A DNA stretch of 35,306 bases from a virus (lineage: Duplodnaviria; Caudoviricetes). The stretch spans positions 1 to 35,306 of IMG/VR virus record IMGVR_UViG_3300025066_000078; one strand, given 5' to 3'. This document shows positions 1 through 6,983 of the stretch, in pieces. A program made the position numbers and the translations under genes. Below the pieces are notes generated by a model. It saw only the letters and a program-made list of their open reading frames with translations, made no database searches and had not been told where the DNA came from. Within the stretch, counting starts at the first letter, position 1. Each line of letters starts with the position of its first letter.

Positions 1-1
1 G

Positions 2-253
2 GAATTTCAATATGGAGTTGCATTTCCAACGTTACTGACTGTAAAAGCAGTAACTGGTGTTCAACTTGATAAGTCTCGAATAGGCATGGGTCTTAGACTT
101 TATCCTTTGGCTTTTGGACCACAAGTAGAGCTTTATAAGAAAAAGAGATCATTCTCTATTTCAATAGAAGCATGTTATGGTTATTCCATGGACCCCGTGG
201 GAATTCTTATAACATTTGGTTTTCGCAAGGAACCAAAAGTAATAAGATTATAA
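2..253 (+). CDS. 3' end of a hypothetical protein (partial; alternating hydrophobic pattern, possibly beta-barrel membrane protein)
   Basis: Open frame from position 2 (EFQYGVAFPTLL...ILITFGFRKEPKVIRL) ending at TAA 251-253; not in the ORF track because the start lies outside the window. Confidence 0.6.
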   Translation, partial: EFQYGVAFPTLLTVKAVTGVQLDKSRIGMGLRLYPLAFGPQVELYKKKRSFSISIEACYGYSMDPVGILITFGFRKEPKVIRL

Positions 254-260
254 AAAAAAA

Positions 261-308
261 TAAAAAAATAATTTGACAAATATACCAAAGTATGTTATAA
301 TATAAATA
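261..308 (+). repeat. 48-nt direct repeat copy 1 (promoter-containing); copy 2 at 745-792
   Basis: taaaaaaataatttgacaaa-tatacc-aaagtatgttataatataaata vs taaaaaaataatttgacaaa-cttatg-aaagtatgttataatataaata; 44/48 identical by hand alignment. Confidence 0.9.
273..301 (+). promoter_or_regulatory. sigma70-type promoter P1
   Basis: TTGACA 273-278, 17-nt spacer, TGT-TATAAT 296-301 (extended -10). Confidence 0.85.
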
Positions 309-319
309 TCGGAGACACA

Positions 320-760
320 ATGGCATATAGAGACACATCAAACCGTTCTGGTGATAAAAACCAGACGATAGTTAAACTCGACCTTATTGATAAGGGCTGG
401 ATCATTCTAGAACCTAGTTCCAGAGATTCAATTTATGACTTAGTAGTTGATCGGGGAAATGGAAGGTTTGAGAGAGTTCAAGTCAAAACAATGTCTGGAA
501 ATTCTATCTCAAAAGTCATTGACCGCTCCGGTGAAAGAGTCAGTCATAATGGAAAAACAAGAAACTCAATAGATTATGCACAACATGGCATTGAGTGGTT
601 AGTTGGAGTTAATAGAGAGGGAAAAACCCACTACTATCATATCTCAAACTATTCAAAGATCCCAACCAAGTCATTCAGTGTTAACAAGTATAAATCTGAT
701 TTGTTTCCAAAATTCGACGTTCCAAATAGACACTCGAAAAAAAGTAAAAAAATAATTTGA
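320..760 (+). CDS. PD-(D/E)XK endonuclease, resembling the group I intron-associated / free-standing homing endonuclease type
   Basis: GDxxQ..V...L..KGW.I..P......YDLVVD....F.RVQVKT pattern; RBS GGAG. Confidence 0.7.
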   Translation: MAYRDTSNRSGDKNQTIVKLDLIDKGWIILEPSSRDSIYDLVVDRGNGRFERVQVKTMSGNSISKVIDRSGERVSHNGKTRNSIDYAQHGIEWLVGVNREGKTHYYHISNYSKIPTKSFSVNKYKSDLFPKFDVPNRHSKKSKKII

Positions 761-792
761 CAAACTTATGAAAGTATGTTATAATATAAATA
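745..792 (+). repeat. 48-nt direct repeat copy 2 (promoter-containing)
   Basis: Matches 261-308 at 44/48 positions. Confidence 0.9.
757..785 (+). promoter_or_regulatory. sigma70-type promoter P2
   Basis: TTGACA 757-762, 17-nt spacer, TATAAT 780-785; the TGA inside TTGACA is the stop codon of the 320-760 ORF. Confidence 0.85.
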
Positions 793-857
793 CAATAAAA
801 CAAAAACCTTTATTAAGGTCGCTCTCACATCGCTGATAAAAAAAATAAAAAAAATAC

Positions 858-885
858 TTGACAAAATGTTAAAACATGTTATATT
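858..885 (+). promoter_or_regulatory. sigma70-type promoter P3
   Basis: TTGACA 858-863, CATGT-TATATT 880-885. Confidence 0.75.
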
Positions 886-893
886 AATAACAC

Positions 894-932
894 GATGGTT
901 GTTCTGGGAGGTCAACCGAAACATCAACTCTC
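894..932 (+). promoter_or_regulatory. predicted pseudoknotted 5' leader (copy A)
   Basis: GATG-GTTG (894-901) pairs with CAAC (913-916) and CATC (922-925); loop GGGAG (906-910) pairs with CTCTC (928-932). Confidence 0.45.
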
Positions 933-967
933 TAACAAAATTGACAACTAACACCTGAGGAGGAAAT

Positions 968-1231
968 ATGTCTAATAATACAATCACAATCAATGCTAAC
1001 GTCTATAGCGGTAGCTTCGTAAAACGCGACGGCACAACTCGTTCTATGCGTTTTATTAAGGAAAATGCGGTCCCTCAATCCCTTCGAGGATCTGGCCAAA
1101 AGCCTCAATACCTTGACTCAAAACACGAAGTAGTCTTCGATCTTGATCAAAATGGCTGGAGAGTCTTTAACCATGACACCGTAGTTACAGCACCAACTCA
1201 TACGAGACAAGAAGTAACTATCAACGGATAG
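968..1231 (+). CDS. WYL_2/DUF2693-like small SH3/Sm-fold protein
   Basis: F.KRDGTTRSM ... VFDLDQNGWRVF motifs typical of this phage family; RBS GAGGAGG. Confidence 0.6.
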   Translation: MSNNTITINANVYSGSFVKRDGTTRSMRFIKENAVPQSLRGSGQKPQYLDSKHEVVFDLDQNGWRVFNHDTVVTAPTHTRQEVTING

Positions 1232-1296
1232 TAACACTAGCGTAACATTCATAAATATAAAAAAAACTTAATACTTAATAATTTGTATTCTTAGTT

Positions 1297-1333
1297 GTTG
1301 GCCGAGATAACCAACGTTCGTAAAAAAACTCGG
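1297..1333 (+). promoter_or_regulatory. predicted H-type pseudoknot in the SSB gene leader (copy B)
   Basis: GTTGG 1297-1301 / CCAAC 1311-1315; CCGAG 1302-1306 / CTCGG 1329-1333; A7 linker. Confidence 0.5.
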
Positions 1334-1442
1334 TGCCTTTATCTTCTTATTGAGGCCTCAAATAGAAGCAAACTGGTTGGGAGCGATATTTAGCTCTCTG
1401 CCTTAGACAAATAAGTCATCTAAAATTAACAAAGGAGAAAAC

Positions 1443-2198
1443 ATGGCTATAAACTTAGAAGCAATGCGAGCTAAATTAAACGCAAGTAAGAACGGCGTGA
1501 AAGCGTCAAGAAACAATACGAAATGGCGTCCAAGTGAGGGCGATCAAACTATTCGTATTTTACCCACAAAAGATGGGGATCCATTTAAAGAGTATCATTT
1601 TCACTACAATGTAGGGAAGAATCCCGGAATCCTCTGCCCTAAAGCAAACCACGGAGAAGATTGTCCTATTTGCAACTTTGCCTCTCAACTTTGGAGAGAT
1701 GGAGTACAAAATAACGACGATACTGCCAAACGAGAAGCAAAGAAATTGTTTGTTCGTAAACGCTACTTTTCTCCGATATTGGTTCGAGGGGAAGAAGCTG
1801 ATGGAGTGCGAGTCTGGTCTTATGGCAAGATGGCATATGAAACTCTTCTCGGACTTGTTCTAGACCCAGATTATGGTGATATTACAGACTCCGAGGTCGG
1901 TACCGATATAGTTCTTAACTATAACGTCCCCGGCACACCCGGCTCTTTTCCAAAGACCATTCTTAAGCCTCGTAGACGACCATCGGTTTTGTGTGATGAT
2001 GATGTCGCAGATTGCGAAGCTCTACTTGACTCTGTGCCCGATGTATCGGGCTTGTTTGAACGCAAATCCTCCGATGAAGTTCAAGCTATTCTGGATGAGT
2101 TCTTATCGAACGAGACCACCTCCGAAGGTCGTTCATCCGAAACAGCAAAGTATGGGACTGACGCAGTCAATGATGCTTTCGAAAAGTTAATGGGATAA
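1443..2198 (+). CDS. T4 gp32-like single-stranded DNA-binding protein
   Basis: IRILP, H.HY...C......CPIC zinc site, DITD...G.DI, acidic C-terminal tail ending DAFEKLMG; upstream of recA/uvsX. Confidence 0.85.
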   Translation: MAINLEAMRAKLNASKNGVKASRNNTKWRPSEGDQTIRILPTKDGDPFKEYHFHYNVGKNPGILCPKANHGEDCPICNFASQLWRDGVQNNDDTAKREAKKLFVRKRYFSPILVRGEEADGVRVWSYGKMAYETLLGLVLDPDYGDITDSEVGTDIVLNYNVPGTPGSFPKTILKPRRRPSVLCDDDVADCEALLDSVPDVSGLFERKSSDEVQAILDEFLSNETTSEGRSSETAKYGTDAVNDAFEKLMG

Positions 2199-2212
2199 CG
2201 GAGCCAAGCCTC

Positions 2213-2243
2213 GCCCTCCGGCTATAAAGGAGGGCACCTTTCT
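2213..2243 (+). terminator. GC-rich hairpin after SSB gene (possible terminator or stabiliser)
   Basis: GCCCTCC 2213-2219 / GGAGGGC 2229-2235, weak T-tract. Confidence 0.5.
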
Positions 2244-2261
2244 CATTATAAAGGAGACAAA

Positions 2262-2402
2262 ATGAAAAAGAATTTTATATTATTCTCAGCACTCATGTTT
2301 GGATGCGGAGATAAAGAAGACTCTGCCGAATTGTCGGAAGAGGTAACACCAGAAGAGGAGGTAGTTCCAGAAGAAGAAACTGCCGAGGAAGAGGTTGAAT
2401 AA
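2262..2402 (+). CDS. small acidic lipoprotein (46 aa)
   Basis: RBS AAGGAG; MKKNFILFSALMFG-C-GDKEDSAELSEEVTPEEEVVPEEETAEEEVE; signal peptide with lipobox Cys; below ORF-track cutoff. Confidence 0.7.
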   Translation: MKKNFILFSALMFGCGDKEDSAELSEEVTPEEEVVPEEETAEEEVE

Positions 2403-2474
2403 CCTTTCCATCCGACAGGGAGGCAAACGGTTATCAGATGCCTCATACCATAACAACAAGGAAAAGAGAACAAT

Positions 2475-3590
2475 ATGGGAGAACTTATACAAATGAAAGC
2501 AGGAAAAATTAACATCAAAGAAATGAAAAGAAAAATTAATAAGTCAATGGGTCTTGAAGCGGCCTTTGATTTAAGAGAGAAAAATCCAACTCAAGTAATT
2601 GACTGGATACCAACAGGCTCTCGCTGGTTAGACTCCATTATCTGCAAAGGTAAAATGGCAGGAATACCAGTTGGAAAGATCACCGAATTGGCTGGTCAAT
2701 CCTCTGTTGGTAAGTCTTATATGGCAGTACAGATAGCGGCAAACGCTCAGAAGAGAGACCTTTTCGTAGTGTATTTCGACTCAGAGTCTGCTATTGACCC
2801 GATGTTCCTTGAAGAGTCTGGAATAGACTTGGATAACAACTGGATGTACGCTCAGGCGATTACAGTTGAAAAGGTGTTAGGAACAATCGAAGACCTAATG
2901 AATGATTACCCTGAACAAAGGTTTTTATTCATCTGGGACTCAATAGCGGCTACTGCCTGTGAAAAAGACATTGAAGGGAACTTTAACCCACAAGCGACCA
3001 TGGCCATGAAACCAAGGATACTTGGAAAAGGTTTTAGGAAACTTACACTGCCTCTGGCAAACCAACAATGCGCCCTGTTGCTTGTAAACCAACTCAAAAC
3101 GAATATTACAAACAATATTGCGGAAGCATTGACAACACCTTGGTTCGCACCCGGAGGAAAGGCCATAGAATATATGTCTTCTCTTCGGATCTGGCTTACC
3201 TCCAGAAAGTCCAAAAAGTCATTTGTCTTTGACGAAAGTGGACGGAGAATAGGCTCAGAAGTAAAGGCAAAGTTGAAGAAGTCGCGCTTTGGAACGCAAG
3301 ATCGAATGTGTGGCTTTCAGATACTTTGGGGTGACGGAATAGGCGTAATGGACGAAGAGTCTTGGCTTGAAGTCATCAAACAGTCATCCTCCTATCGAGT
3401 TGGGGGAGGTTGGTGTTACCTTAAAGGCCCAAAGGGCAAGGAGCATAAGTTCCGACAAAAAGACTGGAAAGGAAAGCTTGAAGATAAAAAGTTTAGAGAA
3501 ATGGTCATCAAGATGATGGACTATGAATTGATCGAACAGTTTGATACAGGCAATTCAAATATCAAACTAGAAGGTGAAGATGAAGAATAA
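2475..3590 (+). CDS. recA: RecA/UvsX-family recombinase
   Basis: IPTGSRWLD, G.ITELAGQSSVGKS (Walker A), YFDSE.A.D, IWDSIAA, NQLK, PGGKAIEY. Confidence 0.93.
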   Translation: MGELIQMKAGKINIKEMKRKINKSMGLEAAFDLREKNPTQVIDWIPTGSRWLDSIICKGKMAGIPVGKITELAGQSSVGKSYMAVQIAANAQKRDLFVVYFDSESAIDPMFLEESGIDLDNNWMYAQAITVEKVLGTIEDLMNDYPEQRFLFIWDSIAATACEKDIEGNFNPQATMAMKPRILGKGFRKLTLPLANQQCALLLVNQLKTNITNNIAEALTTPWFAPGGKAIEYMSSLRIWLTSRKSKKSFVFDESGRRIGSEVKAKLKKSRFGTQDRMCGFQILWGDGIGVMDEESWLEVIKQSSSYRVGGGWCYLKGPKGKEHKFRQKDWKGKLEDKKFREMVIKMMDYELIEQFDTGNSNIKLEGEDEE

Positions 3591-3613
3591 CAACATGTAA
3601 GTTCTCCTATGTT

Positions 3614-3644
3614 GGCCCCCGATAATCCATCGGGGGTTTTTTTT
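3614..3644 (+). terminator. intrinsic terminator
   Basis: CCCCCGAT-aatcc-ATCGGGGG followed by T8. Confidence 0.85.
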
Positions 3645-3654
3645 ATCTTTTTAC

Positions 3655-3682
3655 TTGACAAATAATGAGAACGTGTTATATT
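3655..3682 (+). promoter_or_regulatory. sigma70-type promoter P4
   Basis: TTGACA 3655-3660, ACGTGT-TATATT 3677-3682, then TTCGGAGG RBS. Confidence 0.8.
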
Positions 3683-3704
3683 AATATTATATTCGGAGGA
3701 AAAA

Positions 3705-3797
3705 ATGGATTACACATATTTGTGGGCAGTTTTTGCCCTTGTATTTATCGTTATGCCGATCTTAGGATCTTGGGCGATACATCAGGAGTGGAGGTAA
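3705..3797 (+). CDS. 30-aa single-transmembrane microprotein
   Basis: RBS CGGAGG; MDYTYLWAVFALVFIVMPILGSWAIHQEWR; next ATG starts 1 nt after the stop. Confidence 0.65.
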   Translation: MDYTYLWAVFALVFIVMPILGSWAIHQEWR

Positions 3798-3798
3798 G

Positions 3799-4581
3799 AT
3801 GAAGAATGAAAAAGATATCTTTGAAAATATAAATGATTTTCTATCTGGAAATATAAAAGTTCGTACATTTTGGATTAGAAATAAAGAGATGAGAAAAAAA
3901 CCATTTAAGCCTTGGAAGACTGAACTTTGGAAAAAAAATAGAAAAAATAAAATAAAACAATGTTGCGAAAAATGTGGATCAACAGAAAGGTTGACAATAC
4001 AACACACTTGGCATCCAAAGACATTTAAGAAATACTTATCTGAAACAAAACGAAATCTGGGGTATTCAAAAGAGTATAAAAAACACTTAGGTGAATATCC
4101 TAAAGATCAATTATTTCAAGAACAAATAGTTAAGAAAAAACACTGCACGGTTTGCAATAATAGTGATATTCATCTTGGCTTTAAATCAAGAAGTTATTTC
4201 TGCCGCAACAAACGGTGCAAGAACAACAAATCAGGGTTTAGTCAACCTAAAATAGTTGAACATAAAGTCTCTGTCAAAATCACCGATAAGTATCATATTG
4301 ATAAATACAACAGATATAAGGATGAGTTTTTCTTAACTAGAGCAACTGAAAAATGGATAAAAGGTATGTATCGTTATGTTGATATGAGAGATGAAGATCA
4401 TTACACAGCATGCAGAGATTGCGCCTATAAAGAAGATTTGGACAATGGCTTAATAGAAAAAGCCAGAAAGAGAGATGAGATTAGAAAAAACCACTCAACC
4501 AAAAAGCTAGAGCCCAAGCGCATAAGAAGAAGGCTGGGGCCAAATTCAAAACAAAAAACATTTTCACTTGACAAAAGATGA
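3799..4581 (+). CDS. basic Zn-finger protein, HNH-endonuclease-like
   Basis: CEKCGSTERLTIQH, CTVC, C....C and TACRDC motifs; very Lys/Arg-rich. Confidence 0.5.
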   Translation: MKNEKDIFENINDFLSGNIKVRTFWIRNKEMRKKPFKPWKTELWKKNRKNKIKQCCEKCGSTERLTIQHTWHPKTFKKYLSETKRNLGYSKEYKKHLGEYPKDQLFQEQIVKKKHCTVCNNSDIHLGFKSRSYFCRNKRCKNNKSGFSQPKIVEHKVSVKITDKYHIDKYNRYKDEFFLTRATEKWIKGMYRYVDMRDEDHYTACRDCAYKEDLDNGLIEKARKRDEIRKNHSTKKLEPKRIRRRLGPNSKQKTFSLDKR

Positions 4582-4595
4582 GAATGTGTTATAAT
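4568..4595 (+). promoter_or_regulatory. sigma70-type promoter P5
   Basis: TTGACA 4568-4573, TGTGT-TATAAT 4590-4595, TTCGGAGG RBS. Confidence 0.85.
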
Positions 4596-4616
4596 ATATT
4601 TACATTCGGAGGATAA

Positions 4617-5567
4617 ATGAAAAACTTAATAATAATCGATGGTCTCAATATGTTTTTGAGATCATACATAATAAACCCAACAATGGACCCCAAGGGGAAT
4701 ATGATAGGAGGAGCCGTTGGCTTCTTGAAATCTCTTCAAAAGTCTTGCAACGACTTTGATGCCGATGAGATAATCATCGCATGGGACGGCTCTGGAGGGT
4801 CGCAAAAGCGTAAAGATATGGACAAGGGCTACAAAGCAGGTAGGAAGCCCGTACGGTTCAATAGAAGGATGTTTGAACTTTCGGAGACGGAAGAAGAGAA
4901 TAATAAAGCCTACCAACACGTTAGGCTTATGGAATATCTCAATGAGATGCCAATCATACAACTTATTGTTGATTATGTGGAAGCCGATGATATAATCGCC
5001 TATCTCAATGATCATGAGAAGTATCATGAATATCATAAGTATATTATTTCAAGTGATAGGGACTTCTTCCAACTAGTTGGGGAACGAACAACTCTTTATC
5101 GACCAATACAAAAGAAACTTGTCAACAAGGTCGACCTTATCTCGGAACATGGTATTCATCCCAACAATTTTGCTCTTGCTAGGGCTATTGCGGGTGACAA
5201 ATCAGACAACCTTAGCGGGGTACCACGAGTTGGTCTCAAAACAATTAAGAGTCGTTTTCCTTTTATGGCTGACGAGGAAGTTCAAACTGTGAAAACACTC
5301 ACAGATTATTGCAAAGGTTTAGACAAAAAGATCAGCGCTCACACAAAAATTATCGAACACGCTGAATTGATTCAGCATAACTATGAGATCATGCAACTAT
5401 ATGATCCATTGATAGGTGGGAATGCAATAAGACAAATTGATTATGCAGTAGAAAATTTCGAACCAGAATTCAATAAAATAGGCCTTCAGAAGCTCTTAAT
5501 GGCAGATGGCCAAATAACGATGAAGTTAGATAACCTTTATCGAATTTTAAGAAAGATAATTTCTTGA
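4617..5567 (+). CDS. 5'-3' exonuclease / T4 RNase H-like flap endonuclease
   Basis: IIDGLN, AWDG, YKAGR, EADDII, SSDRDF.QL, GDKSDNL.GVP.VG.KT. Confidence 0.92.
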   Translation: MKNLIIIDGLNMFLRSYIINPTMDPKGNMIGGAVGFLKSLQKSCNDFDADEIIIAWDGSGGSQKRKDMDKGYKAGRKPVRFNRRMFELSETEEENNKAYQHVRLMEYLNEMPIIQLIVDYVEADDIIAYLNDHEKYHEYHKYIISSDRDFFQLVGERTTLYRPIQKKLVNKVDLISEHGIHPNNFALARAIAGDKSDNLSGVPRVGLKTIKSRFPFMADEEVQTVKTLTDYCKGLDKKISAHTKIIEHAELIQHNYEIMQLYDPLIGGNAIRQIDYAVENFEPEFNKIGLQKLLMADGQITMKLDNLYRILRKIIS

Positions 5568-5591
5568 CAATACAGTAAAACGTGTTATACT
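5564..5591 (+). promoter_or_regulatory. sigma70-type promoter P6
   Basis: TTGACA 5564-5569, ACGTGT-TATACT 5586-5591, TTCGGAGG RBS. Confidence 0.8.
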
Positions 5592-5614
5592 TAATATTAC
5601 ATTCGGAGGTAAAT

Positions 5615-6970
5615 ATGGATAGAAAAGAAACATTTAGTAATATCGGAGGAAGGCATTTTCAAGAGAGCCTTTGCCAGATTATGTTGGAGGATCGCCCGTT
5701 TTGCGATCAAATCATGGAAGTGCTTGAGATCGACTTCTTTGAAAGCGTAGATATTAGAGCATTCGTGCAGATCTTAACAGAATACAAGGAGAAGTACTCT
5801 CCAACGCCACATCCAAGTTATGATATGATGGCATCTCTTATTAAAAGCAATGTAAAGAGTTTTGATAAGAGCACTGGGGAAAGACTGAAAAAATTATTCA
5901 TCAGTTTCAAAACCCGAGCAGTGGAGAACAAAGAGCACGTTATTAACACGTCCATAGACTTCTGTCGTAAACAAGCACTGAAGAAGGCTATGATGAAGTC
6001 AGTAAAACTCATCCAGAACTCTTCTTTCGATGAGATCGAGAAAGAGATTCAAGCAGCCTTGACACTAGGTACAGACAACAACTTTGGTCATGATTACATT
6101 ACAGACGCAGAGGCCCGTTTTGAAATCCAGTCCCGAAGTCCAACAACAACCGGTTGGCCGCAATTAGATGAGATAACTTGTGGAGGATTCGGTGTAAGAG
6201 AACTATCCGTTGTTATTGCCCCAACAGGTGCCGGTAAGTCGATGGTTTTAGTCCATCAGGGGGCTACAGCCTTAGAGCTTGGAAAGACGGTTGTACACTA
6301 CACCTTGGAGCTTGCAGACACTATTGTGGGCCAAAGATACGACTCTTGTATAACAGGAGTTGGATTAAAGGATTTGATACATTCTAAAGATATCGTCATG
6401 GAAAAGATAAAAGATGTAGCAGGTCGACTAATTATTAAGGAGTATCCGACGAAATCAGCGTCAACGAAAAACATTGAGAATCACATTGAAAAGCTCATGA
6501 AGCGTGGTATCAAGCCTGACGTCGTTATTGTTGATTATGCGGATTTATTAAGACCTAGAAAGTCATCATCCGAAAAGAGGCATGAATTGGAAAACATTTA
6601 TGAAGAACTTAGAGCCATAGCCCAAAAACACGAATGTACTGTATTAACAGCATCGCAAACAAATAGGGGTGGACTTAATGCCGAAGTTATCACAATGGAA
6701 TCCATATCAGAAGCCTTTAACAAATGCTTCGTAGCAGACTTCATCTATTCACTTTCTAGAACACCAACAGATAAGCAGTCCAACAAGGGACGCATATTTA
6801 TTGCAAAGAACAGAAATGGCCCTGATGGGCTTGTGTTCAATGCTTTTGTTGATTGGTCTAATGTTAATATAAAAGTCCTAGATGAAGCACCAGAAGAACC
6901 ACAGATGGGTGCAAAAGACGCCCTGTCATATTTAAAGAACAAATATTCAAATTTATCAGGATCAAAATAA
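5615..6970 (+). CDS. dnaB: DnaB/T4 gp41-like replicative helicase
   Basis: APTGAGKS Walker A, HYTLEL, IKEYPT, IVDYADL, TASQTNR, KNRNG; likely start ATG 5615 after CGGAGG. Confidence 0.9.
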   Translation: MDRKETFSNIGGRHFQESLCQIMLEDRPFCDQIMEVLEIDFFESVDIRAFVQILTEYKEKYSPTPHPSYDMMASLIKSNVKSFDKSTGERLKKLFISFKTRAVENKEHVINTSIDFCRKQALKKAMMKSVKLIQNSSFDEIEKEIQAALTLGTDNNFGHDYITDAEARFEIQSRSPTTTGWPQLDEITCGGFGVRELSVVIAPTGAGKSMVLVHQGATALELGKTVVHYTLELADTIVGQRYDSCITGVGLKDLIHSKDIVMEKIKDVAGRLIIKEYPTKSASTKNIENHIEKLMKRGIKPDVVIVDYADLLRPRKSSSEKRHELENIYEELRAIAQKHECTVLTASQTNRGGLNAEVITMESISEAFNKCFVADFIYSLSRTPTDKQSNKGRIFIAKNRNGPDGLVFNAFVDWSNVNIKVLDEAPEEPQMGAKDALSYLKNKYSNLSGSK

Positions 6971-6983
6971 TAAGGAGAACAAC

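Noticed and set aside
1297-1333. PreQ1-I riboswitch
   Set aside because: Shares the hairpin plus A-rich tail topology but lacks the conserved loop sequence, and the downstream gene is unrelated to queuosine
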